Assembly: GCF_009914755.1 (NCBI RefSeq)
Contig: NC_060930.1
Reading direction: 5' to 3' (one strand)
DNA: 64,000 nucleotides
Origin: the human T2T-CHM13v2.0 reference genome, Homo sapiens
Of the stretch, positions 1-13,675 are shown one piece after another. The notes beneath the pieces were generated by a model. The model had not been told where the DNA came from, made no database searches, and worked only from the letters and a program-made list of their open reading frames with translations. Position 1 is the first letter of the stretch. The number at the start of each line of letters is the position of its first letter. Made by a program: the position numbers and the translations under genes.

Positions 1-1401
1 CTGAGGGCTCTGTTCTGTTCCATTGGTTTATATCTCTGTTTTGGTGCCAGTACCATGCTGTTTTGGTTACTGTAGACTTGTAGTATAGTTTGAAGTCAGG
101 TAGTGTGATGCCCCCAGCTTTGTTCTTTTGGCTTAGGATTGACTTCGCAATGCAGGCCCTTTTTTGGTTCCATATGAACTTTAAAGCAGTTTTTTCCAAT
201 TCTGTGAGGAAAGTCATTGGTAGCTTGAAGGGGATGGCATTGAATCTATAAATTACCTTGGGCAGTATGGTCATTTTCATGATATTGATTCTTCCTACCC
301 ATGAACATGGAATGTTCTCCCATTTCTTTGTGTCCTCTTTTATTTCATTGAGCAGTGGTTTGTAGTTCTCCTTGAAGAGGTCCTTCACATCCCTTTTAAG
401 TTGGATTTCTACATATTTTATTCTCTTTGAAGCAATTGTGAATCGGAGTCCACTCATGATTTGGCTCTGTGTTTGTCTGTTATTGGTGTATAAGAATGCT
501 TGTGATTTTTGCACATTGATTTTGTATCCTGAGACTTTGCTGAAGTTGCCTATCAGCTTAAGGAGATTTTGGGCTGAGACGATGGGTTTTTCTAGATATA
601 TAATCATATCACCTGCAAACAGGGACAATTTGACTTCCTCTTTTCCTAATTGAATGCCCTTTATTTCCTTCTCCTGCCTAATTTCCCTGGCCAGAACTTC
701 CAACACTATGTTGAATAGGAGTGGTGAGAGAGGGCATCCCTGTCTTGTGCCAGTTTTCAAAGGGAATGCTTCCAGGTTTTGTCCATTCAGCATGATATTG
801 GCTGTGGGTTTGTTATAGATAGCTCTTATTATTTTGAGATATGTCCCATCAACACTTAATTTATTGAGAGTTTTTAGCATGAAGGGTCGTTGAATTTTGT
901 CAAAGGCCTCTTCTGCATCTATTGAGATAATCATGTGGTTTTTGTCTTTGGTTCTGTTTATATGCTGGATTACATTTATTGATTTTTGTATGTTGAACCA
1001 GCCTTGCATCCCAGGGATGAAGCCCCCTTGATCATGGTGGATAAGCTTTTTGATGTGTTGCTGGATTCGATTTGACAGTATTTTATTGAGGATTTTCGCA
1101 TCAATGTTCATCAAGGATACTGGTCTAAAATACTCTTTTTTTATTGTGTCTCTGCCAGGCTTTAGTATCAGGATGATGCTGGCCTCATAAAATGAGTCAG
1201 GGAGGATTCCCCCTTTTTCTATTGATTGGAATATTTTCAGAAGGAATGGTACCAGCTCCTCTTTGTACCTTTCGTAGAACTCGGCTGTGAATTCATCTGG
1301 TCCTGGACTTTTTTTGGTTGGTAGGCTGTTAATTATTGTCTCAATTTCAGAGCCTGTTATTGGTCTATTCAGGGATTCAATGTCTTCCTGGTTTAGTCTT
1401 G
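1..1401 (-). mobile_element. L1PA (about L1PA4/5) ORF2 fragment containing the reverse-transcriptase region; continues beyond the window start
   Basis: Reverse complement matches L1 ORF2 from CAAGACTAAACCAGGAAGA (PRLNQE) at 1401 through the RT region to ACCAATGGAACAGAACAGAGCCCTCAG (QWNRTEPS) at position 1. Confidence 0.97.
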
Positions 1402-2030
1402 AAAATGGCATGACATTAAATAGGTCATCTATTTCAGGTAAAAATAAAATGACTAGCTCCTCCTTCTGGCTCCCAAAGTGACAGGGCCTAACAGGCCCCA
1501 TGAAACATGAGTTATGATAGTAAGTTTCATTATTCATGCAGTATTGAGAAATCCATTACATTAGAGGGGTCCCACGTCTAAAGCCTTCACTTCAAGTCTA
1601 CCCTGTAAAAGTGAACTGAAGGGCACAAGGAGAGAATGGAGGACACAGGCCCAGGAAGGTCCTTTCGAAGGGTGTGAGGAGAGCTTTGAGGGACTCTCTT
1701 GCCTCTCGTCCTCTGTTTCCAGTTCTGCCAGCTGCCTTCTAAGGATATTGACTTTTGCTTGTAATTCCTGATTATATTCAATGATGTTAACCATTTCTTC
1801 ATATGCTTCATCCAAATACTTAGAGGATCTATTCCAATGTAGGAAAATACCTTCCCACAGTGGAAGACTGTGGAGCAACTGAAGGCCAGATGACCAGGTT
1901 GTTGGCTTCAAAGAAGGGATTGGTGAATTTACTCAGCTCACTGGGCTGATTGACCCAGGACCACAAAGACATCATCTTCTGCTGTAGCTTTAACTTACAT
2001 CTTTCACTTTTGTTGTCGCCCAGAAATGTC
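1402..2030 (-). pseudogene. MTMR9: 5'-truncated processed pseudogene of myotubularin-related protein 9 (C-terminal CDS plus presumed 3'UTR start)
   Basis: The minus strand reads TFLGDNKSERCKLKLQQKMMSLWSWVNQPSELSKFTNPFFEANNLVIWPSVAPQ, then a frameshift near 1865, then SLPLWEGIFLHWNRSSKYLDEAYEEMVNIIEYNQELQAKVNILRRQLAELETEDERQESP. This matches the recalled human MTMR9 C-terminus. It has no introns, and the expected stop position (1687-1689) reads TCA. 1402-1686 is assigned to 3'UTR by position only. Confidence 0.92.
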
Positions 2031-2059
2031 TATTATTATATTTAAATGGTGGTGATAAT

Positions 2060-3288
2060 TCTCATTGACAGTGTTTTCATTTCCTTTGGATATATACCCA
2101 GAAGTGGGATTGCTGGATCATATGGAGGTTTAATTTTTAATTTTTTTCAGGAAACTTTATACTGTTTTCCATAATGGCTATACCAATTTATATTCTCACC
2201 AACAGTATACTAGGGGGCCATTTTCTTCACCCCCTCTTTCACCAACACTTGTCTCTTGTCTTTCTGATGATAGCCATCCTAATAGATGTGAGGTAACATC
2301 TTATTGTGTTTTTGATTTGCATTTATTGATGATTGGTAATGTTGAGCACATTTTTGTATAAGTGGAAAATGGTCATTCATATGTCTCCTTTGGAAAAATA
2401 TCTATTCAAGTTTTTTTTTTCCCATTTTTAAGTCAGTTTTATGTTTGCTATTATGACATATAGAAGTTTATTCCATGTTTTAAATATCAATCCCTTATCA
2501 GATATATGGTTTGCAAATATTTATCTTCACTTTGAAGTTTGCCTTTCCTTTTTGTTCATTGTTCCCCTTGCTGTGCAAAACCTTTTAGTTATATATAGTC
2601 CATTTGTTTATTTTCACTTTTGTTGCCTGTGCTTTTGATGCCATATAAAAGAATTCATTGCCAAGGCCAACATCAAGAGGCTTTATTCCTATGGTTTCTT
2701 CTAGCAGTTTTACAGGTTCTGATATAATATTCACGCCTTCAATCTATTTTGAGTTAGTTTTTTTATATGGGGTAAGATAATAGTCCAGTTTCATTCCTTT
2801 GCATGTGGATATTTAGTTTTCCCAACACTGTTTAATGAAGAGATTATCTTTTCCCCATTGAGTATTCTTGGCATTCTTGTAAAAGATTAGTTCATCTTAT
2901 ATACATACATTTATTTCTGGGGTGTCTATTTTGTTCCATTGTCCTATATGTCTGTTTTCATGTCAGTATTTCACTGTTTTGATTACTATATCTTTGTAAT
3001 ATAGTTTGAAATCAGAAAGTATGATACCTTCAACTTTGCTTTTCTTTATTAAGATTGTGTTTCCCATTTTGGGTCTTTTATGGTTCTACACAAATTTTAA
3101 TATTTTGTGTGTGTGTGTCTATACAAATGCAATTGAAATTTTTAAGGATTCCATTGAATGTGTTGATTGCTTTTGGTAGCATGGACATTTTAATATTCTT
3201 TGAATTTGTAAACATGTTGTTTCTCCATTTATTTGTGTTTTCAGTTTCTTTCATCAATGCCTGATCTTTTCTGTGTATATATCTTTCA

Positions 3289-3320
<32 letters not shown>

Positions 3321-6300
3321 GAGACAGAGTGTCTGTCATGCTGGCTGGAGTGTAGTAGCACAATCTCAGCTCACTGCAACCTCTGCCTCCTGGATTCAAG
3401 CAATTCTCATACCTCAGCATTCCTAGTAGGTGGGATCACAGGTCCCACATCTGGCTAATTTTTGCACTTTTAGTAGAGATGCGGTTTCGCCATGTTGGCC
3501 CGGTTGGTCTTGAACTCCTGATCGTAAGTGATCCACCTGCCTCAGGCATCCCAAAGTGCTGGTATTACAAGCATGAGCCACCATGTCCGGCCAAATTTAT
3601 TCTTAAATATTTTATTCTTTTCAATGCCATTGTACATGGCATTTTTTTTTTTATTTATCTTCAGAGAGTTTGTTGTTAGAGTACAGAAATGCAACTGATT
3701 TTTGTATGTTGATGTTAAATAATACTTTGTTGAATTTCTTTATTAGTCTAACTTTTTTTTTTTTGGTGAGTTCTTAGGGTTTTCTATATATATATCTTGC
3801 CCTCTACAAGCAGATTTAGCATCTTTTTGTGATTTTGATGCCTTTTATTTCTTTTTCGTGCCAACTGCTCTGGCTAGGAATTCCACTGTTCTGTTGAATG
3901 GAAGTGGCAAGACTGGACAGACCTGTCTTTTTCCTGATCTTAGAAGAAAAACTTTTAGCTTTTAACCACAGAATATGATGTTAACTGCAATTTTATAATA
4001 GATGGCTTTTATTATATTGAGGTACATTTCTTCTATATCTAACTTGTTGAGAGTTATTTCTTTTGTAATTATGAAACAGTGATGAATTTTGCCAAATGCT
4101 CTTTCTGCATCTGTCAAGATTATCGCATGGGTTTTGTCCTTCATTCTGTTAATGTGGTGTATCACATTGACTGACGTGTGTATTTTGAATCATCCTGGCA
4201 TCCCAGAAATAAATTCCACTTGATCATGGTGTATGATTCTTTTAACATACTGTTGAATTCTGTTTACTACATTTTGTTGAAAATTTTTGCGCATGTCTTC
4301 CTCAGTCATATTGGCCTATAGTTTTCTTTTCTTGCAGAGTCCTTATCTGGCTTTGGTTTGAGAGTAATGCTGGTCTCATAAAATAGGTTTGGAAGTGTTT
4401 TCTCTTCTTCAATTTTTTGGAAGAGTTTGAAAAGGATTGAAGTTCTTTAAATGCTTGGTAAAATTCCCCATGAAGCCATCTAGTCTTGGGCTTTTCTTTG
4501 TTGGGAGGCTTTTGATTACTGATTCAATCTTGTTACTCATTATTGGTCTGTTCAGATTATCTATTTCTTCATCATTCAGTTTCAATAGGTTTTATGTTAC
4601 TAAAAATGTAAATATTTTTTCCAGATTATCCAGTTTTGTTGGCATATAATTGTTCATATTAGTCCCATGATTCTTTAAATTTCTGTGGTATCCATATGAA
4701 TGATTCCTCTTTCATTTATAATTATATTTATTTGAATGCTTTCTTATTTTTGTGGTTAGTCTAGCTGAATGTTTGATTTATGTTTTAAATTTTGTTTATC
4801 ATTTCAAAAAATAACACCCTTTCATTGATCTTTTATATTGCCTATTGCCTTTCTAGTCTCCATTTCATTTATTTCAACTCTAATATTTATTACAATTTTA
4901 ATTTTGCTAACTTTGTTCTTACTTCATTTTTTTTTTGTAGTTCCTTGAAGTTTGGGCATGCTGTTTTTACTGTTTCAAGATAATTTTTGATTTCCTTGTT
5001 AATGTCTTCTTTGACTCCTTGGTTTTCAAGAGTGTGTTCTTAAATTATTACCTATTTGTGAATTTTCCAAAATGCCTCCTGTTATTGATCTGTAGTCACA
5101 CCATTGTCAAGTAGAAGAGGTACTTGATATGATTTCAATTTTCTTACATTTTTTAAGACTTGTTTTGTGTCCTAATATTTGATATATCCTGGAGAATATT
5201 TTACATATACTTGAGAAAAATGTGTACTTTGCTGCTATTGCATAGAATATTCTAGTATATGTCTGTTAGGTTTGTTTGGTCTATAGCATTATTAAAGTCC
5301 ATTTTTCCTTATTGATCTTCTGTCCAGATTACGTGTCTATTTTTGACACTGGGGTAGTTGAAGTCCTCAACTATTATTGTATTGCTGTGTATTAATCGCT
5401 CAGTTCTGTTAATGTTTGCTTCATATATTTAAGTATTCCAATATTGGGTAGAAATATAATAACAATTGTTATAGCTTCTTAATTAATTGTCCCCTTTATC
5501 ATTATATAGTGATCTCCTCTGTCTCTTGTGATAGATATTGACATTCTGTTTTGTCTGATATAACTATAGTCATCTTTGCTTTCTTTGGTTATCACTTTCA
5601 TTTTATCTTTTTGCATCCCATTACTTTCAGTCTATGTATGTCCTTAAAGTTAAATTAAGTCTCTGGTAGGCATCATATTGTTGGATTTTTTTTTGTTTTA
5701 TCCATTCTGTCACTCTGTGTCTTTTGATTGTAGAATTAAATCCATTTACATTTAAAGTAATTACTGGTAGGTAAAGATATTATTTTCATTTATTAAGTTG
5801 TTTTTTTAACTGTTTTGTAGTTCCTCTGTTCCTTTCTTTCTCTCTTGTTATCTTCTCTTGTGTTTTGTTCATTTTTAATAGTGGTATGTTTTGATTATTT
5901 TCTATTTATTTTTTCATACATGTACTAGAGGTTTGTTTTTTGTCTTACCATGAGGCTTACATAAAATATCGTATAGTCATAATATTCTTTTTTAAGCTGA
6001 TAGCAAGTTAATGTCATTTGCACACAAACTACAATTTTGCTTTCTTCATCTGTGACATTTTATGCTATGGTATCATACTTTTTTTTTGTACTGTGTATCC
6101 ATTAACAAGTTATTATAGCTATAATTACTTTTAATCTTCTTGTTTTTAACCTTTATACTAGAGTTAAAATTGGTGTTCATGTCATCATTTTGTATTAGAG
6201 TTTTCTGATTTTGACTTATATTTACTTTTGCCAGAGAGCTTTATAATTTAATATGATCTCATGTTATTACTTAACATAATTTTGTTTAATCTCAAAGAAC

Positions 6301-6453
6301 TCACTTTGGAATTTCTTAGAAGGTAAGTGTAGTGGTGATTAACTCTCTTAGCTTTTGTTTGTCTGTGAATATCTTTATTTCTACATCTCTGAAGGACAGC
6401 TTTGTCAAGTACAGTATTCTTTTGTTGCAGAGTTTTTCTCAGCACTTTGAATA
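2060..6453 (-). mobile_element. Old L1M (L1MA/L1MB-like) ORF2 through inter-ORF/ORF1 end, interrupted by an Alu
   Basis: Degenerate L1 motifs such as cccagaagtgggattgctggatcatatg. ORF 3962-4165 gives IHHINRMKDKTHAIILTDAERAFGKIHH, the L1 RT DAEKAFDKI motif. Confidence 0.9.
3301..3592 (-). mobile_element. Alu (J/early S)
   Basis: Poly-T followed by gagacagagt...ccaaagtgctggtattacaagcatgagccaccatgtccggcc. Confidence 0.95.
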
Positions 6454-7390
6454 CAGAATGACTGGAATACATTTGGACAAGTGTGTCACTAGGCAATATG
6501 TGTCACTGTACTAACATAAAGTGTCTTTATACAAATCTAGGTGATACAGCTTACCGTATATCTAGGCTATATGATATAACTCATTGCTCCTGCAATACCA
6601 ATCTGTACAGCGAGTTACTATAATGAGTACTGTAAGTGACTGCAACATAATGATAAGTATGTGTGTATCTAAACATATCTAAACATAGAAGAGGTGTAGT
6701 AAATATATGATATAAAAGATAAAGAATGGTACATCTGTGTTGTCCACTTAACATGAATGGAGTTTACAGTACTGGAAGTTCCCCTGAGTGAGTCACTGAA
6801 TGAGAGAAGAGTGAACACATAGGCCTAGGACATTGTTGCACACTACAGTAAACTTTATAAGTACTGTACACTTAGGCTACATTACATTTATAAGAATATT
6901 TTTCTTTCTTCAATGTTAAAATAAATCTAACTTACATTTTTACTTTATAACGTTTTTATTTTTTAAACTGTTTTAAGTAATATTTTTACTTTATAAACTT
7001 TTAAATTTTTTAAATTTTTGACTCTTCTGTAATAGCAGTTGGCTTAAAACACACATTGTAAAGCAGTACAAAAACATTTTCTTTCTTTATATCATTATAA
7101 ACTTTTTTCTATTAAAAACTTTTTAAAATTTTTCAGCATTTTTTTTGGAAACTAAGGTATGAAAACACACATTAATCTATGCCTACACAATATCAGGATT
7201 ATCAATATCACTGTCTGCCACCTCCACATCTTGTCCCACTGGAAGGTCTTTAGGGTCAATAGCAAACATAGAGCTGTCATTTCCTATAATAACAATACCT
7301 TATTCAAAATACTATCTGAAGGATCTGTCTGAGACTGTTTTACAGTTAACTTTTAAAAAATAAGTAGGAATACATTTAAAAATAATGATA
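6454..7390. mobile_element. Tigger3/MER7 (TcMar-Tigger) DNA transposon, partial
   Basis: Starts after a TA (ta|cag). Contains tacaaatctaggtgatacagctta...ctaggctatatgatata...gtatctaaacata and gagtgagtcactgaatgag, typical of Tigger3. It is cut at aaaataatgata by an L1 insertion. Confidence 0.8.
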
Positions 7391-10300
7391 GAGAGGGAGG
7401 CAGAACAAGATGGCTGAATGGAAGCCTCCAGTGATTATACTCCCTGAAGTAACACCAAACTGAACAACTCTCCACACAAAAAAGTACCTTCAAGTGAACT
7501 AAAAATCAGGCGGGTGATCACAGTACAAAGTTTTAAATGATATTAAGGGAAGATGCACTGAAGAGGGTAAAAACAACAGTTGTGAATTGCCTACACCACT
7601 CCTTCTCCATCCCTCAACAATAGCCACATAGCCACATAGTACAGGGAGAAAATCTGTGTTCTTGGGAGAATGAAGAGTGCAGTGATGGTGGGACTTTGCA
7701 TTGGAACTCAGTGCTGCTGTGTCGCAGTGGAAGGCAACACGGAGCAGAACTAAGCTTGTGCTCATGGAGTAAGCATGTAGGTCATTCCTAGCTAGAGGCA
7801 AATTGTCCATCCCGCTGGCAGGAATCTGAGTTTCAACGAGAATTGCCGCCATGTGCTAAAGTCCTCTGGGGTTCTAAATAAACTTGAAGGGCACTCTAGG
7901 CCACAAGGACTGCAATTCCTGGGCAAGATTTGGTGTTGTGCTGGGCTCAGAACTAGCAGACTTGGAGTGCATGTAACCTAGTGAGACATGAGGCTGGGAA
8001 GCCTAGGAAGTGTTAGCATCACCCCTCCCCCAACTTCAGGCAGCACAGTTCACAGCTCTGGGATAGACTCCTTCCTTCTACTTGAGAAGAGGAGAAGAGA
8101 AAGTAAAGAGGACTTTGTCTTGCAAATTGGATACCAGCTCAGCCACAGGAAAACAGGGTAACAGGTAGAGTCCTGAGGTCTCCCATTACAGGTCCTAGCT
8201 GTGGACAACATATCTAGACATATCCTGGGCTAGAAAGGAACCTGCTCTCTTGAAAGGAAAAACCTAGTCCTGGGAGGACCTATTACCTACTAACCAAAGA
8301 GTTCTTTGGCCCTGAATAATCAGCAGTGGTAGTGAGGCAGTACTTGCCAGGGGCCTTGTGTGAAACTCAGAGCCCTGCTATCTTCAGATGTTACCCAGGA
8401 CATTCTTAGCTGTGGTAGCTAAAGGAATAGACTCCTTCTACTTGAGCAAAGGAGAGGGAAGAGTAAAGGAGACTTTGTCTTGCAGCTTGAATACTGGCTC
8501 AGCCACAATGAAGTAGAGTACCAGTTGGGCTTTTGGGGCCTCTGATTCCAGGCCTTGGCTTCTGGGAGGTATTTCTGGACCTGCCCTGGGCCAGAGAGGT
8601 GCCCAATGCCTGGGAAGAAGAGACCTTGGTTTTGTAGCATTCACCACAAGCTGACTGAAGAGCCATTGAGCCTTGAGTGAACACTGTCAGTAGGCAGGCA
8701 GTACTTACTGTGGGCTTGAGGTGGTATTGGCTATAGAAAGATAATCCACTGTTTGAAGAAAGGGGAGGAAAGAGTGGGAAGGACATTGTCTTGTAGATTG
8801 GGTGCCAGCCCAGCTGCAATAAAATAGAGCACCAGGTAGCTTCCTAAATTTCCAGGCTGCAGGCCCCGGCTCCCAGGTGGCATCTCTGGACCTGCCCAGG
8901 GCTTGAGGGAACTGGCTACCCAGAAGGGAAGGAGGCAAACTTGGCTGGCATTGCCACCTACTGATTGTAGAGTCCTTAGACCTTGAATGAACAAAGGTGG
9001 TAGCCAGGCGATGGTCACTGGGAACCTTGGGCAAGCCCCAGCACTGTGCTGGTTTCAGGTCTGATCCGGTGCAATACTAGTCGTGGTGGCCACAGGGGTG
9101 CTTGTATCATCATTCCTGCAGCTAAAGGAAGCTCAGCACAGGGAAAGATATTCTGGTTTTTTGGGGAAATGTAAGGGAAGAGCAAACGAGCCTCTGCCTG
9201 GTAACCTAGGGAGTTCTCCTGTACCATATCCAAGGTAACTAATGGGGCACCTCTATAAGAGGTCTGCAAGAGCCACAAGATTACTAGGCTTGGGGTATCC
9301 CCTAATGCTGATAGGGTGTTAGTGACTGAAGACTTAGGTCATAACATCCAAGGCCTTTCAAATACTTGGGAAGCTTTCTCAAGAAGTATGGGTATACGCA
9401 AGCTCAGACTATGAAGACTACAATAAATATCTAACTCTTCATTGCCAAGACACCCACGAACATCCGTGAGCATTGAGATTATCCAGAAAGACATGACCTC
9501 ACCCAATGAAACAAAGAAGGCATCAGTGACCAATCCCAGAAACACAAATATGTGTAACTTTTCAGGTAGATAATTCAAATTAGGTGTTCTGAAGAAGCTC
9601 AATGAAATTTAAGATAACACAGAAGAGGAATTCAGCTCTGTGAATTCCTCTGTAAAATTTACCAGATAAATTTTACAAAGAGATTGAAATAATTAAAAAG
9701 AATAAAGCAGAAATTCTGAAGTAGAAAAATGCAATTGACATATTGAAGAATGCATAACAGGTTCTTAACAGCAAAATTGACCAAGAAGAAGACAAAAATC
9801 GTGAGCTTAAAGACAAGACTATTTGAAAATACACAGTTGGAGGAAAAAAAAAGAAAAAAAGCATAGAAAAGAATGAAGCATTCCTGCAAAATATAGAAAA
9901 TAGGCTCAAAAGGGTAAATCTAAGAGTTTTTGGCCTTAAAGAGGCGGTAGAAAGGCAGTAGAAATTTTGTTCAAAAAGATAGTAATATTCAAAAAGATAG
10001 TAATAGTAATTTTATTCAAAAAGATAGTAATAGAGAATTTTCTAAACCTAGAGAACAATATCAATGTTAAAGTACAACAAGTTTATAGAATTCCAAGCAG
10101 ATTTAACCCAAATAAGACTAACTCAATAATAATCAAACTTCCAGAGGACAAAGATAAAGTAAGGCCTTAAAAACAGAAAAAGAAGAGAAACAAATAATAT
10201 GCAAAGACATGGCAGACTTTTCAGTGGAAATGTTACAGGCCAGGAGAGAGTAGCATGACATATTTGAAGTCCTGAAGGAAAAAAATAATAAAAAATAAAA

Positions 10301-10420
10301 ACTTCTATTCTAGATTACTGTATCCAGCAAACTATCCTTCAAACACGAGGAAGAAATACTCTCCCAGAAAAACAAATTTGAGGGACTTCAACAACACCAG
10401 ACTTGTCCTACAAGAAATGA
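7391..10420 (+). mobile_element. Old L1 5' end (L1M1/L1MA1-3-type 5'UTR with internal repeats) plus degenerate ORF1; 3'-truncated
   Basis: Starts ggaggcagaacaagatggctg (YY1-like motif). Three related 320-360 bp monomers near 8065, 8429 and 8750. ORF1-like translation IENFLNLENNINVKVQQVYRIPSRFNPNKT at ~10030-10120. Confidence 0.85.
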
Positions 10421-10712
10421 AGTGACATTAAATTTGCCACTAAGCTTTTGGGCTATAACTGTTAATATTTTATAAATAATATCTCCTAAATGTCTAAACT
10501 TATATAAGTTAACTTAGTAACAATGGTTTAGCAAAACCAACTTTCTGAAGATTTTACAGTTTGGGATCCAATTTCTGACTAAGACAGTATTTGTGGAACA
10601 TAGATCCCTATATATAAAACTTTAAGGAATTTTATTAATAGCCTAGTGTAGCTTTATTCTTAGAGGCTAAGTGATAATTCAAATTCATAAATAGGTTACC
10701 CTGCCTAGACAA

Positions 10713-10891
10713 GATTGCTGGATAAAATATAGGACACAATTTTAGATAAACAACATATATTATTTTTAACATAAGTATGTTCCAAATATTGAATAGAAAG
10801 TAATTTTAAAAAATTTATTGTGTTTCTATAATTCAAATTTAACTGAGTGTTCTGTAATTTTATTTGCTCAATTGCTCAATCTGATCACCTT
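10713..10891. mobile_element. MER53 palindromic hAT MITE (diverged)
   Basis: gattgctggataaaatataggaca...ataagtatgttccaaatattg...attcaaatttaactgagtgttctgtaattttatttgc resembles the MER53 consensus. Confidence 0.75.
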
Positions 10892-12145
10892 ATTCCTAGG
10901 TCCTAGAATTTTTGTTATAATTTATGTTATACCTTTAAAATGCAGGTGTAAATATTTAGTATATACCTAACTACAGTCCTTTTCTAATAATATTAATTTT
11001 ACTATACAATCCACTGTTTGTATCACTCATATATGCCTTTCGAAGAGAAGTTCAGGTATCCTATGAGGAATCATCTGGAGGAGGAGAAGCCATTGTTAAA
11101 AATTGTGCCTCACACTGTTTGAACTCTGAGATTGAATCTCAGAAGACTGAATCCAGCAATCTACATTTCACCAAAGATAATTTTTATGGACAAATAATAT
11201 TGAGAATTGTTATATTAAAGAGATGCAGCAGAGCCATTGAAATACAATATCAAAAATGTTATGGATAGTTACAACCTCAGGCCTAAGAGATGATACCTCT
11301 CACTAAGATGAGGAGAGACAAAGCCAATGTGATAGGTGGCTAGGTTGTCTGTAATTCCATTTGCAACTTCAACTTGAGCTCTTCAAAGCAGGTTTCTCTG
11401 CACTGATATTTGGAAGACGACTTCCAGCAGCTCCAGCTGTGACTGCAAATGGAGCCTTGGTCAGCTGCTTATGTTGGACAGCCGTTATGTTCCTAATCAA
11501 TGCTATGAGTCATGAAATTATTTCAACCACTAAAAAGTAAGCCAGCTTTCCTGCCAGTAATGCTTCCAACATCCTGCAATTATTTAAGAGAATTCATCAG
11601 TCTTTCAAGTGACATTGAGTCTTCTTGCTGAGAGCTAAATTGCTGGCTAGGATAGAATCGGAAAGCAATACTTCAGCACTCTTGATTGCTCACCTGGTAA
11701 AATTTATTTGATGCAATTTTTATTATGATCACAGCCTGAAAAACAATTTCTTAAATGCTTATGATGTAGGTGGCTCAAATTATAATAATAGAATTGAGAT
11801 TAGGTAAGGACTCATCTCCAAGAAAACCTCACTCATAAATGTGAGTAGTTGTGAGCATATTCTAGGCTAGCATTTCTGAATTTAAATTCACTATGGGCCA
11901 GAATTCTGTATATTTCTTAGTGGCGACCCCACAAGTGAAAACTGTCAGCATGGGAAAAAATAGAGATTAGAGAAAATTTTAGTAGTAACCACAATCGAAG
12001 GAACAGATATCTGTTAAGTATTAAGCTATAAAACTTTGTTCTCCCATCTGCAAAACTGCCATTGTAAAACTCTTCTAGAGAGCAGAGTTTTGCTTTTCAT
12101 ATCAGTTTTTATTTCTTGCTTAAGGCATGTCTTCTTTCAAAAAAA

Positions 12146-12447
<302 letters not shown>

Positions 12448-12694
12448 TAAATTTTGCACTTGTTTACTTCAGATCTCTGATCTATGAAATTCAGTTAAGC
12501 ATATTGACATGTAATCTGGATAATGTTTCTTCAGTGCTCTGAGATTTTCTATCTTTGCCTCAAAATAAATAAGAATATTGTCTGCTTCCCCAGCTAACAC
12601 AAGCATAAGATGAAGAGTAATATAATTTTAAATCAATCTGTGGACATGTTAAGCACTTAATCTGTGCCGGTGAAGCAAATAGTAGAAGGGACAT

Positions 12695-13200
12695 TACTTA
12701 GGATGCCTTTGCCAACAACTAGCAAAATATTAGCTTAAAGAATATGAAAATTAATTTTTTCTCCCGAGATTTGAAAGCAAGGTAGTTTTAGAATTGACGT
12801 AGTGACGTCATCAAGTCATTAAGGATTCAGACTCTTCTTCTTTATGAGGTAGCATCCTCTGTCTGCTTGCCTTTCTTCTCAGACTTGTATCTTTGTATTT
12901 ACAAGAAGACTGATGCAACTAGTACAGCTTATAGTCACATAGTCACATCCACAGGCACACACCAAAAAATGGGATAGTTTTTCTTTGCTTATCTCTTTCT
13001 CTGAAGGATGAAAACCTTTCCTCAGATCTTCCAAAGCCCTTTCTCTCAGGTTCTGTTATCCATAATGACTATGTCCTAGCTACAGTGAAGGCTGGGGATG
13101 TGTTAGATATTTTGTCCTCTATATTGAGGGGCAAGACCTTGCCAGTCATAAATAAAGGTTTTATGAAAGGTGGAATTCGGAAGACTATTTGGTAGACAAC
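12695..13200. mobile_element. Old MLT1 (K/L-like) LTR, heavily diverged
   Basis: Weak motif resemblance (taggatgcctttg...agcttaaag...aaggattcagactc...aagactgatgcaact...gaaggctggg...tggtagacaacc). Confidence 0.45.
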
Positions 13201-13675
13201 CAACATATAACTTCCATAAAGTGGAAGACTTTCTTTTAATTTCAAAATCTTCCAAGTTGATCACAGTCATCAGACTAATGATTTAATTATACTTTTAGTA
13301 TATTGACTTACATTTGCAAATTACTTTAGATATGTTATTTCATTCAGTTGTGACACTAATCATGTGAAGTATATGCCATTGCTATCTCCTGCAAATAAGA
13401 AAATTGAGTCGCAAAATGAAAAAAGATTAATGAAAATTATAATTTAAGCTTTTATATATGTCATAGTATAAAAGGTCTCAGTGCTTAGTGACAGGAGACA
13501 ATAATAATGCTTTTGGAGTCAATAAATCTGTGTCAGAATGATAGAAGGCAGTTCCTCCAAGGTCTAATCCCTACTATAAAACAGACGCTATTGCAAATGG
13601 AAAAAAAAAAGTAGCAGAAGAGAACCGTTGGAGATCAATTAAATGCTAAATTTTGTGGTACTTACTATTAGTAAG

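Noticed and set aside
1561-1911. 116-aa ORF as a real gene
   Set aside because: The start is a non-ATG codon, and the N-terminus is an out-of-frame reading of MTMR9-derived sequence. No promoter or exon structure is visible.
8060-9000. Three 320-360 bp imperfect repeats and overlapping ORFs
   Set aside because: These are consistent with the intrinsic monomer structure of old L1 5'UTRs; the ORFs are by-products of GC-richer repeat sequence.
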